Shown here piece after piece: positions 9,525 to 18,339 of a DNA stretch of 64,000 bases; position 1 is the stretch's first letter, and each line of letters begins with the position of its first letter. The stretch comes from Escherichia phage vB_EcoM_CRJP21, in sequence record OQ708376.1; one strand, given 5' to 3'. The notes beneath the pieces were generated by a model. That model had not been told where the DNA came from. It saw only the letters and a list, made by a program, of their open reading frames with translations, and searched no databases. Position numbers and translations under genes: made by a program.

Positions 9525-10753
9525 ATAACCAATATATTGAACAAACAATAGTGAAACACTTGGCTGGGTCACAAGCCTACGGAACCAGTACACCTGAAAG
9601 TGATACTGATTATCGTGGTATTTTTCTTGCTAATAAAGAATTTATTCTTACACCCTTCTATAAGGTCAAAGAGGTAGCTGATAAAAGCGAAGAAGATACT
9701 AAATTCTATGAGTTGAATCAGTATTTAAAATTATACACTGAAGCTAACCCTAATATTCTTGAATCACTTTGGGTTGAACCTGAACACATTGTTGAAAGTA
9801 CTGAAATTTATGACTATCTTCGTTCATTTAACCAAAAACTTCTTAGTTCCAAGATTGCATTTTCATACACTGGATATGCATATAATCAGATTAAGCGTAT
9901 GACAAATCATCACGGTTGGATGGATAAAGAGCGTATTGCTGAAAAACGATTAAATGAGATTTTAGAAGAACACCCAGTCGATGAGGTTCTTGCGTGGATG
10001 TATGATTCATTTCCACAATATCTTGTTGAACGTTTAGATACATCGAACTTACATCCATTTAATGCTAAAAAGATTGATTTTGAAAAATATATGCGTGATA
10101 CGTCATTGCAGTTAGTTTCGAAAAATCCATTAAAGCAATATCATTTTGTAAGATTAGTGCATAACTACACTACTGATAAAATTCTAGATCGTGATTTCAA
10201 TTTATTGAATTTTAATAATGGCTATGAACTAATTCATTACGGAGAAAACATTTTTGCGATTATTAAAAATCCGAATGAAAGTACTATCAATGGTGATGGT
10301 TCATTGCGTTATTTTTCTAAAGAGCGTAGTACTGAAGAGTTGAAAACCAAACCAGAACTGATTGTCAAATTTAACGAAAAAGAATATCAGGAAAATAGTG
10401 AGAATAGGAAAAGTTATCATAAATGGAAAGAAAATCGTAATGCCAAACGTGCTATTTTAGAATCACAGCACGGATACGATTGTAAACATGCTATGCACAC
10501 AATCCGACTTTTGAATAGTGCAGAAGAAGCATTACAAAGTGGTATTATTCAAGTTAAACGTCCTGATGCACAAATGCTGATGGATATTCGCAATGGTAAG
10601 TGGAAATATGAAGAAGTATTAGAATACTTTGATGATAAAGTAAAATATATTCGTGATGTTCTATATAAGAAATCTGTACTTCCTAAAAAACCAAACATCA
10701 AATTAGCATCAAAAATTATCATTGATATTAGAGAAATGCAATGGTATAAGTAA
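9521..10753 (+). CDS. Pol-beta-superfamily nucleotidyltransferase (predicted)
   Basis: N-terminal hG[GS]-x(9-13)-[DE]h[DE]h signature LAGSQAYGTSTPESDTDYRGIF; ATGA start overlap. Confidence 0.5.
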   Translation: MNNQYIEQTIVKHLAGSQAYGTSTPESDTDYRGIFLANKEFILTPFYKVKEVADKSEEDTKFYELNQYLKLYTEANPNILESLWVEPEHIVESTEIYDYLRSFNQKLLSSKIAFSYTGYAYNQIKRMTNHHGWMDKERIAEKRLNEILEEHPVDEVLAWMYDSFPQYLVERLDTSNLHPFNAKKIDFEKYMRDTSLQLVSKNPLKQYHFVRLVHNYTTDKILDRDFNLLNFNNGYELIHYGENIFAIIKNPNESTINGDGSLRYFSKERSTEELKTKPELIVKFNEKEYQENSENRKSYHKWKENRNAKRAILESQHGYDCKHAMHTIRLLNSAEEALQSGIIQVKRPDAQMLMDIRNGKWKYEEVLEYFDDKVKYIRDVLYKKSVLPKKPNIKLASKIIIDIREMQWYK

Positions 10754-10921
10754 CATATACAAGTGTAATGGTACTAAAAATGCCATTACACTCAATAAAT
10801 ACTCAATATAAATTAACACAAGGATTAAGTATGGCACAACAAATTTTCACAGATATCCACACTACCGGAGTTATTAAATTTCAAAATAATTTTTCTGGTG
10901 CTACTGGTGTAGACATTAAAA

Positions 10922-11458
10922 ATGATGGTTTTAACATTGTCAGTACTCGGATCTATTGATGGTGAAGATAGTTCTCTTAGTGATTCTGTGATTGCATCAT
11001 TCGGAACTAATAAAAACAGTTCTTTTATTATATCTGGATGGACTGGAATGACTGATTCTGAAAATAATGTTAAGATAAAAGCTAAAGCTACTAACGAGAA
11101 TCATGAAACAGAATGGGTAACATTATATGATAGTGCAAGTAATAAGTTATATAATGTATTAAGTTCTAATAATATTTTAATTAATCCACTGTCGGGCAAT
11201 GCTGTTTTTAATATTAATTTATCTGATAGAAATACTACTATTTCGATTGGTGCGGCTCCTACTGAAGTTTATTCAATTACCATCCTATTAACACAACAAA
11301 CAGGTTCAAACCTAGTTAATTGGGGTTCTAATGTTAAATGGTCATATAACAGACCAGTTGTTCTTTCTTATGAAATTGGTGAAAAAGATATTATTTCATT
11401 AGAAACATATGATAAAGGAGTTACATGGTACGGTGCATTAATTAGAGCAGGAGTATGA
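10922..11458 (+). CDS. hypothetical protein, start uncertain (possible frameshifted continuation of 10831-10959)
   Basis: 178-aa ORF overlapping a 42-aa ORF in another frame. Confidence 0.35.
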   Translation: MMVLTLSVLGSIDGEDSSLSDSVIASFGTNKNSSFIISGWTGMTDSENNVKIKAKATNENHETEWVTLYDSASNKLYNVLSSNNILINPLSGNAVFNINLSDRNTTISIGAAPTEVYSITILLTQQTGSNLVNWGSNVKWSYNRPVVLSYEIGEKDIISLETYDKGVTWYGALIRAGV

Positions 11459-11459
11459 T

Positions 11460-14249
11460 ATGTTAAACAATAATATTGATAATATTGTACAACTTCTTTA
11501 TGGGCATCACAAATTTATTGAAAGAAATACTGGTGATACAATAGACCCAACAGTACAACATTATGTGGTGAATAATCAGGGTGTTTTGGCGAACAACCGT
11601 CATTTTATTAACTATTCTGCAATGGAAGGTCAACCAAACGGTGACGGGACAACAGAAGGTCAAAGTCTATTAATTTTGGGATACATTTATGCGTATCTGG
11701 CAACAAATGATCCAATGTTTTTAGATAAAGCCAAATGGTACTGGGATGCATATCATCAGTACTTTTATGCTGGACGTGAATTACCAGACCCACCAACTCC
11801 ACTTCAATGTAACTGGATAGTTAATGCCAAAGAACCGATTTTGGCTAACTGGCCTTTAGCTGATGATGGATGGCCTACACATGGTGGTTTCAAGGGTGTA
11901 GAATTTACATTTACAAATGGACAATGTAAAATACCACATGGTGCACCTTATTATGGTCAGTTCTTGGATAAAGTAACATTCGCATTCAAAGGTGCTTTAG
12001 CATGGAACCAAATAAATGCGTCAGTAAAAGCATTACTACCAGATGGTAGTGTTGATTGGGATACCCCTGGTGATCAATATGATGTTGACTGGATTATTGA
12101 TTTCATGGGTAGAAAAATCGACTGGGATGGTAATATTTTAGCAGAAGGTTTTGACGAATCTGAAAAAGGAACGGTTCAATTAAAAAATACAACAATTAAT
12201 GGTGTATATAAATTAAATTTTGCTAATCGTCAACCAGTAGAATATGGTGGTGTGATAATTCAACGAAATGAAATGCAACACAACCGACCACTTCATGTTC
12301 CAATTGATTTGGAATTTGCGGATAATGCATCAGATGCAGAATTGTGGTTTAGTGATGCTTCTTATTTGTTATATAAAATAACAAAAGAAAGAAAACATTA
12401 TTTGGGTTGGAAATGTTCATTACTCACATGCTATGCTTATGGTGATATCGACTCCAGAGATAAATTTTTCAGACAAAGTACAATTGTAACCACACCATTC
12501 ACTGATGGTATTTCCTATGAATATTTTTATCCAAGTGATGCTATCGCTAAGTTTGGTAGAAATTCTTTAGGATATATTACTATCAGGCAAGACCAAAGTG
12601 CACAAAGTACAATGGAACAACAAGCTATTTGGTTCAGGGTCAATGCTGATTCTAAATTACTTGTAGATTATGGTGGTGTATGTGATGATGGTAAGCCGTT
12701 ATCATTTAAACCAGTACTGGAATTGTCTAAAACAAAAAATGATCATGATGTAGTAAGATATCGTTGTGGATTACCAGAAAGTAAAGACCAAAATATCACA
12801 CATTCATTAACACCTTTAAGTGCATTTGTTAGAGAAAAGAAAGCAGATGGTTCCCCTTATATAATTGCTGATAGTAGAATAGTTGTTCCTTATGGTGCAG
12901 CTACGTCCGAAATGATATATAGTACTGATATATTAGTTACACGCCGAGATACCATTAATCAGTTAGTTTGTGGTGAAGATGATGGTGCTGTTATTGGATT
13001 TTGGCTATTAGCAACAAATAAGTCTGAAGTTAAATCTTTTACATATCGTTCATATGAAGATGATTACAATATAAGAATTGTAGATGATAATGGTTGGAGA
13101 TGGTGGTGGATGATTCCTGCAACACACGGGGAATGGACTACAATCACACTAAGTTCCGATACATTACGTTTATCTGGGTATCAGCCAAATCATCCAAGTT
13201 CTGACCCAAGACCAGATGCACCAGTATATAGTGAGCTAGAAGATATTACTATTTTACCTGATACAACCCCAGTAGATGGTGTTGCTGCAATAATTGATTG
13301 GTATTGTATTAATGACATTCCAGAATTATATACGGATGCTGACGGTGATGACTATACTATGACATTTTCAATAACAATTGCAGGTGAATCACCATATACT
13401 GCACAGTTAGGGGATTGTGTAATCAAAGATTATTTGTTAAACTCATTGCATTACACACCAGGAACAATACCATTTTCTAACATCACTGACCCGTATGCGA
13501 ACCAGTACTCAGGTTGGCGTGGTTTACCGTATCCAGGTTATCAATATCCAGTGATATATTGTTTTAAAGACCAGCCAGTAGATAACACACGCTTAGGAAA
13601 CATGTTAAGCTTTATGAAAGATTCCCAAACATGGTTTACTCAACAATTCGGTACTGTTGGTCCGTGTGCACAAGCATATGTTTGGAACCGCTGGGATAAC
13701 TTAAAATATGGTGAACCAGATACATTTACTATGCTACATTGGGGTGATCAAGCATGGAGTGGGTATGAACCACGTGCGTTCTTTGGGGCTGCCAGAGCAT
13801 GGCAAGAACTCGCAGAGAGAGGAATTGAACCACCAGCAGATCTTGTTGAATTTTGTGAGAATTGGATTCACTTTTTAATTCAATTTCAAAAAGATAATGA
13901 TGGTCGTTCACCAACAATCTTCAATAAAGATGGCACAGTTGAAGGTCCAGATTGGGACTTTACAGGTCATATGTGTGGGTTGTGGTTAGCTGGGGCTTGT
14001 GCTGCTGGATTGGCTGGATGTAAAATAGAAGGTCTAACAACACTCGCTGATAACTTAGTTCTCGAACTTCAAAAGAATTATGTTATTGTAAATCCAGGTT
14101 CCCCAATGAATGGTTCATGGAGTCCAGCAGTTAGAGAAGGTACTGATAATGGTATGTTTTTTGGTTTCTGGGCAGGTGAGATTATGCGTGGATTGGGGTT
14201 ATACTCAATGTACCGTTTAAACACACCAAATCGTTTCCGTGATTTATAA
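11460..14249 (+). CDS. large hypothetical protein (929 aa)
   Basis: long uninterrupted ORF, Trp/Tyr-rich (WYWDAY, WRWWWM); no motif I can assign. Confidence 0.6.
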   Translation: MLNNNIDNIVQLLYGHHKFIERNTGDTIDPTVQHYVVNNQGVLANNRHFINYSAMEGQPNGDGTTEGQSLLILGYIYAYLATNDPMFLDKAKWYWDAYHQYFYAGRELPDPPTPLQCNWIVNAKEPILANWPLADDGWPTHGGFKGVEFTFTNGQCKIPHGAPYYGQFLDKVTFAFKGALAWNQINASVKALLPDGSVDWDTPGDQYDVDWIIDFMGRKIDWDGNILAEGFDESEKGTVQLKNTTINGVYKLNFANRQPVEYGGVIIQRNEMQHNRPLHVPIDLEFADNASDAELWFSDASYLLYKITKERKHYLGWKCSLLTCYAYGDIDSRDKFFRQSTIVTTPFTDGISYEYFYPSDAIAKFGRNSLGYITIRQDQSAQSTMEQQAIWFRVNADSKLLVDYGGVCDDGKPLSFKPVLELSKTKNDHDVVRYRCGLPESKDQNITHSLTPLSAFVREKKADGSPYIIADSRIVVPYGAATSEMIYSTDILVTRRDTINQLVCGEDDGAVIGFWLLATNKSEVKSFTYRSYEDDYNIRIVDDNGWRWWWMIPATHGEWTTITLSSDTLRLSGYQPNHPSSDPRPDAPVYSELEDITILPDTTPVDGVAAIIDWYCINDIPELYTDADGDDYTMTFSITIAGESPYTAQLGDCVIKDYLLNSLHYTPGTIPFSNITDPYANQYSGWRGLPYPGYQYPVIYCFKDQPVDNTRLGNMLSFMKDSQTWFTQQFGTVGPCAQAYVWNRWDNLKYGEPDTFTMLHWGDQAWSGYEPRAFFGAARAWQELAERGIEPPADLVEFCENWIHFLIQFQKDNDGRSPTIFNKDGTVEGPDWDFTGHMCGLWLAGACAAGLAGCKIEGLTTLADNLVLELQKNYVIVNPGSPMNGSWSPAVREGTDNGMFFGFWAGEIMRGLGLYSMYRLNTPNRFRDL

Positions 14250-14250
14250 C

Positions 14251-14279
14251 TTGACATAGAAAAAGTAATTATGTATAAT
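14251..14279 (+). promoter_or_regulatory. sigma70-type early promoter
   Basis: TTGACA, 17-nt spacer, TATAAT. Confidence 0.7.
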
Positions 14280-14280
14280 T

Positions 14281-14311
14281 AGAGAACTTCATATGGAGTT
14301 CTCTTTTTTTA
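14281..14311 (+). terminator. intrinsic terminator hairpin immediately downstream of the promoter
   Basis: agagaact-8 nt loop-agttctct plus 7 T. Confidence 0.6.
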
Positions 14312-14323
14312 TAAGGTGATAAA

Positions 14324-14743
14324 ATGTTAAATGAACGTATTAAAAATGCACTACATGTATTGAATCAAGAAGTCAATTCTATTCATAAAAGTACTGACCG
14401 TTATAAAGTAATGCATGAAATCAAACAAGAATTGGAATCTATTAATAAGGGAGAGTGGTGGTATCTTCAGCCCGAATATCAAACTCGTGAATTAAACGAT
14501 GTTGAAAAAGAAATTGTCAAATTCATCACTACTCGTTATTGTGATACATCAGAGAATGATGTATCAGCGAACTTCAATCTTACTAAATTGGAAGTCGAAG
14601 AAAAATTCCATTTTGATTGGCTTGATTGGATTGAAATGGTAATGGAACTAGAAGAAAAATTCAATGTTGAAGTTGATGAAAAGTTCGAGAATAATGAAAC
14701 TAAGCTGTATGAACTAGTAGAACATATTCAAAAAATGTTGTAA
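14324..14743 (+). CDS. ACP-like protein lacking the phosphopantetheine-attachment serine
   Basis: C-terminal DWLDWIEMVMELEEKFNVEVDEKF resembles ACP helix II [16 protein letters not shown] with Trp in place of Ser. Confidence 0.4.
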   Translation: MLNERIKNALHVLNQEVNSIHKSTDRYKVMHEIKQELESINKGEWWYLQPEYQTRELNDVEKEIVKFITTRYCDTSENDVSANFNLTKLEVEEKFHFDWLDWIEMVMELEEKFNVEVDEKFENNETKLYELVEHIQKML

Positions 14744-14796
14744 AACTATACAATTGTATACTCTAAATAATATCATCAACTATAGGAGATATTATT

Positions 14797-15171
14797 ATGA
14801 GTATGTTAGAAATAATTGTTTCAAAAATTCTTATTCCATTTTGGAAACCAATTTCTTTTGTATTATTAATTGGCGGTTCAGCTTATGCTGGTTGGGAAGC
14901 TAATACTTATTACAGTGGATATCAACAAAGCATAGAGCAACAAATAGCTAAAAAAGTTGATACCGCCTTGGATAAAATGCAACAAGAAAATGCAAAAAAT
15001 TACCTTGAAACTAAAAAAATCATGGAAGATAATGCTAAAGTTATTGAAACAAAGGTTCCTTTTATTGTAGAACGTGAAGTTTATAAGAATGTATGTTTAG
15101 ATGAAGATGGTGTAAAAGTACTGAATGAACTAAAACAAAATTCTCAAGCTGCGAGGAATAAATTCAAATGA
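14797..15171 (+). CDS. i-spanin candidate (inner-membrane spanin)
   Basis: N-terminal TM segment then charged helical region; ATGA-coupled to a downstream lipoprotein ORF. Confidence 0.5.
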   Translation: MSMLEIIVSKILIPFWKPISFVLLIGGSAYAGWEANTYYSGYQQSIEQQIAKKVDTALDKMQQENAKNYLETKKIMEDNAKVIETKVPFIVEREVYKNVCLDEDGVKVLNELKQNSQAARNKFK

Positions 15172-15476
15172 AAAAATTATTAGTTCCGTTTATTTCTTTT
15201 TTAATTATAAGTGGATGTGCAGAACAAGTAAAACTACAATCCCCTACACCAATTAAACAAGAAATTCTGTTAGAAAGATGTGATGATGATACACCTCTAC
15301 CACAAAAAATTATGATTGACAAAAATGGTTTTAAAGGTTATGATGGTGCAGAAATTCTTAAAGTACTTACTCGTTGGGATGCAGTATACAACGAATGTGC
15401 TTTAAAACATGATGCATTAATTAAAACTATTCGTGATTTACAAGGTAAAGATATTAAAATCAATATCAAGGAATAA
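15168..15476 (+). CDS. o-spanin candidate (outer-membrane lipoprotein)
   Basis: signal peptide with lipobox LIISGC. Confidence 0.5.
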   Translation: MKKLLVPFISFLIISGCAEQVKLQSPTPIKQEILLERCDDDTPLPQKIMIDKNGFKGYDGAEILKVLTRWDAVYNECALKHDALIKTIRDLQGKDIKINIKE

Positions 15477-15477
15477 A

Positions 15478-16089
15478 ATGAACAAATATCATGTTTACTA
15501 TACGACCAAATTATCACTTCTTGACGAATTAAATCAACGAAGTACTAAGATGAAACGCTACACTTTAAATGGTATTACTTTTCGATATTTCCCACAAAAA
15601 GTTCTTACATTTATTAAGAATCCAAAATGCGTGGCATGTGGGATTGAAGCTACTGAAGTACGCATTGAACGTTCATTATGTTCTGATCCAGTATATGGTA
15701 AACCACATTTAAATGTATATGCTGTATGTGGTCTTTATGAAGTTTTAATGACAGTTGACCATAATCATCTGGCATCTAAGGGTGGACCTGATTTAGAGTC
15801 AAACTTTAATACTATGTGCTCCAGATGTAATCAACTACGTTCGAATAAAACTGAAACAGTTGATGAGTTTCTTGAGAAAGTTAAAGGTCGTAATCTTCTC
15901 CAAGAACATATGAATAATTTCTTTAATGTACAAAAAAAGAAAAATAACATTGACAAGTCGAAACTACTAGAAGAACGTAGGTTACGTCAAGAATTATGGG
16001 AAACTGATCATCTATGGCATGTTCGAGAGTTTGGTCGTCATATGAAAGCATTGAAAAAAGAACAGAAGAAATTGAATAAACATGATTGA
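15478..16089 (+). CDS. HNH endonuclease
   Basis: CVACG ... VDHNHLASKGG ... CSRCN motif set; ATG at 15478 right after o-spanin stop. Confidence 0.6.
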   Translation: MNKYHVYYTTKLSLLDELNQRSTKMKRYTLNGITFRYFPQKVLTFIKNPKCVACGIEATEVRIERSLCSDPVYGKPHLNVYAVCGLYEVLMTVDHNHLASKGGPDLESNFNTMCSRCNQLRSNKTETVDEFLEKVKGRNLLQEHMNNFFNVQKKKNNIDKSKLLEERRLRQELWETDHLWHVREFGRHMKALKKEQKKLNKHD

Positions 16090-16102
16090 TATGATATTAT
16101 AG

Positions 16103-16131
16103 GGACTTGAGTATTCAAGTCCTTTTTTTTT
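16103..16131 (+). terminator. intrinsic terminator
   Basis: ggacttga-gtat-tcaagtcc plus 9 T. Confidence 0.75.
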
Positions 16132-16142
16132 GGAGAAAATAT

Positions 16143-16415
16143 ATGAAAACAAAATTATTTCCACAACAAATAATGATTGAACTGTGCGAACATCAGTCTG
16201 GTGAAGTTGTTACAATCAGTGGTGATACGTATTCCATCATTTTAAATGAACAACAATTTGATCATACAAACCATACGAATGAACTGTATAATCTTATGTT
16301 TATGGACGATAAGAGTGAAAAATACTATCATTGTACATATGAACGATGTATAGATACAACACCATTTTGTAATGAAATGGTTGGTGTTAAATGTTATGAA
16401 TGTGAAGTGTTATGA
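16143..16415 (+). CDS. small Cys-rich protein, tandem paralog 1
   Basis: MKTK...ELCEH...YYHCTYER...C..C shared with next ORF. Confidence 0.55.
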   Translation: MKTKLFPQQIMIELCEHQSGEVVTISGDTYSIILNEQQFDHTNHTNELYNLMFMDDKSEKYYHCTYERCIDTTPFCNEMVGVKCYECEVL

Positions 16416-16435
16416 AGTTTTTTAGGTAAAAATAT

Positions 16436-16792
16436 ATGAAAACAAAAATCTTTCTACCACAAACCATGATGGAACTGTGTGAACATGATGCAGGGGATGT
16501 TGTCACTATTAGTGGTTCCTGGAATGAGAGTACTGAAGACTTTATGCCAGATGAGGTATATTCTGTTGTTTTAAATGAACAGTACAATACAAGCCGTTGG
16601 AATGCACAGTACAATCTAGTTTTTCTTGACAATAACAATGAAAAGTACTATCATTGTACGTATGAACGAGGTCTGACAGAACGTAACTACACAACTCCTT
16701 TCTGTGATGAAATGGATGGTGTAAAGTGCTATGAAGTTTATGTTCGTCAGGTTCCAGTTGTTACTTACAAAACCGAGTGGGATTATCTGTAA
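16436..16792 (+). CDS. small Cys-rich protein, tandem paralog 2
   Basis: same N-terminus and Cys pattern as 16143-16415. Confidence 0.55.
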   Translation: MKTKIFLPQTMMELCEHDAGDVVTISGSWNESTEDFMPDEVYSVVLNEQYNTSRWNAQYNLVFLDNNNEKYYHCTYERGLTERNYTTPFCDEMDGVKCYEVYVRQVPVVTYKTEWDYL

Positions 16793-17190
16793 TGCTTAAA
16801 GATTTAGATTTTTCAAATTTAGAGATCATCAGTGCAGTGAAGAATATTACTGATATGGATGATGAAAAAGGTGTAATGGTAACTATCACTTTCGTAAAGG
16901 AAGAGGATAGCTATAAGCATCTTACTGGAATTGAAGAACTAATTCATAAAACCAATCTTGAGAATGATGGTAAACTCATCAAGCTTCAGGCTTCATATAC
17001 GCAAAAAACGTCAAATTTTATAGACCTAAATAATGTAGTCAAGGTGGTATACAATCATCCTGATCACACATATAGGAACACGACAAGAAATGAAAATGTT
17101 GCTAACGATTCGAATATTATCGAAGATGTTGAATTCATAAACACAATTTTTGATCGTTGTTCTAAGGATTTAAAAAAAGTATACATGTAA
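16792..17190 (+). CDS. hypothetical protein
   Basis: TAATG stop-start overlap with upstream gene. Confidence 0.5.
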   Translation: MLKDLDFSNLEIISAVKNITDMDDEKGVMVTITFVKEEDSYKHLTGIEELIHKTNLENDGKLIKLQASYTQKTSNFIDLNNVVKVVYNHPDHTYRNTTRNENVANDSNIIEDVEFINTIFDRCSKDLKKVYM

Positions 17191-17210
17191 TGGGACATTA
17201 TATGTTCCAA

Positions 17211-17219
17211 TGATATAAT
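17211..17219 (+). promoter_or_regulatory. extended -10 promoter candidate
   Basis: TGaTATAAT at head of the ORF-poor region. Confidence 0.4.
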
Positions 17220-17227
17220 GTATATAG

Positions 17228-17716
17228 AAAATGACAACGGACATTGAAAAATGGACACTGAGAACCTACTTCTCTTGAAAATGTAAAGGATAGATGAGCT
17301 TTACCGTTGTAGCGAACAGCAGAAGAAACCTGTTAGAGTACTGGCATTTAAACAAACACGATGTAAGACCACGAATCACGGCGACACGGCTGTATAAAGA
17401 ACTCCGATAAGCATACAGAGAGTTCCTAGATAGATGTATAAGGTTCGCACCTTACCAGATTTGCTAAGGGAGTTTAAGAATAGCGGACGCAATTTTACAA
17501 GAAAGTTGCGTCCAAAATTTGAGAACAGGTACTACTTTGATCGAATAGAGTTAGTACTGAGTGCTGTTGATGAAAAGACCAGCGACCGTTGCATATGACT
17601 GCGATAGAGAGAAACCGAGCAACCCGCTTTCGCTCTCTAAATTTTGGTACAAGAAAGATCCGTCCAAAATTTGAGAAATTCGCAATTCGATAATATCCGA
17701 TGCCATCATCGTCAAG
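17228..17716 (+). ncRNA. candidate structured RNA and/or micro-ORF locus
   Basis: about 0.5 kb without any ORF of 60 codons or more, locally more G+C-rich, two 29-bp direct repeats each in a hairpin, ends at an intrinsic terminator. Confidence 0.3.
17497..17677 (+). repeat. two 29-bp direct repeats (27/29 identical) 152 bp apart
   Basis: acaagaaagttgcgtccaaaatttgagaa at 17497-17525 and acaagaaagatccgtccaaaatttgagaa at 17649-17677. Confidence 0.8.
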
Positions 17717-17740
17717 AGAGACTTAATTGTCTCTTTTTTA
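17717..17740 (+). terminator. intrinsic terminator
   Basis: agagac-ttaatt-gtctct plus 5 T. Confidence 0.6.
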
Positions 17741-17878
17741 TTATCTTCATTCCCCTGCGGGGGATGTAATAGTCCTCAACAAATCCCGTCAAGTTTTTAA
17801 AGTACATTATCATTTTCAGAAGGAACTAGTTTACGAAGTAAACGCAGTGACTTCTTGAGTTACGAGAGAACGAAGTGA

Positions 17879-18307
17879 ATGAGTAACACAACGAAAATAT
17901 CCGATAAATCTGAATTAACACAAATGTTATTCAAAGAATATTTTGAGTTCCAGATAAAAGACGAACATCAATTACCACAGCAATATTTGAAAAGAATTAA
18001 AGATCCGTCAGTAATTACTAAAGAAACTAATTTTTATAATAGTATTTTAGATTTCGTTAAATCAGTTCATACAACAAGACCTATTGTAGTTTTGTTTTTT
18101 GATAAATCTATTCCTTTAGTAGTTCCTGAAAATGTATTTTTTATCTCAGAAACTGATTTAAATAATCAAAGTACTGTAAGTAGATTAAGAAATTGCTTAC
18201 TTGTAGTATGTGATTCTTCTTTGTATATTAATAGAATACTATGGGATAGAAGTAAACGCAATACAGTTTCGGAAATGAATCCTGAAATTACCTTTATTAT
18301 TAACTAA
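17879..18307 (+). CDS. hypothetical protein
   Basis: 142-aa ORF. Confidence 0.5.
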   Translation: MSNTTKISDKSELTQMLFKEYFEFQIKDEHQLPQQYLKRIKDPSVITKETNFYNSILDFVKSVHTTRPIVVLFFDKSIPLVVPENVFFISETDLNNQSTVSRLRNCLLVVCDSSLYINRILWDRSKRNTVSEMNPEITFIIN

Positions 18308-18339
18308 ATAATAAGAGAATAACTCTAAGGAGAGATATT

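Noticed and set aside
17434-17460. tRNA-like T-arm (ggttcgcacc) in the ORF-poor region
   Set aside because: Lacks the conserved A58 and no acceptor or anticodon stems could be built around it; no tRNA called anywhere in the window.
17497-17677. Possible CRISPR array from the 29-bp direct repeats
   Set aside because: Only two copies, 152-bp period, imperfect identity, and no cas genes in the window.
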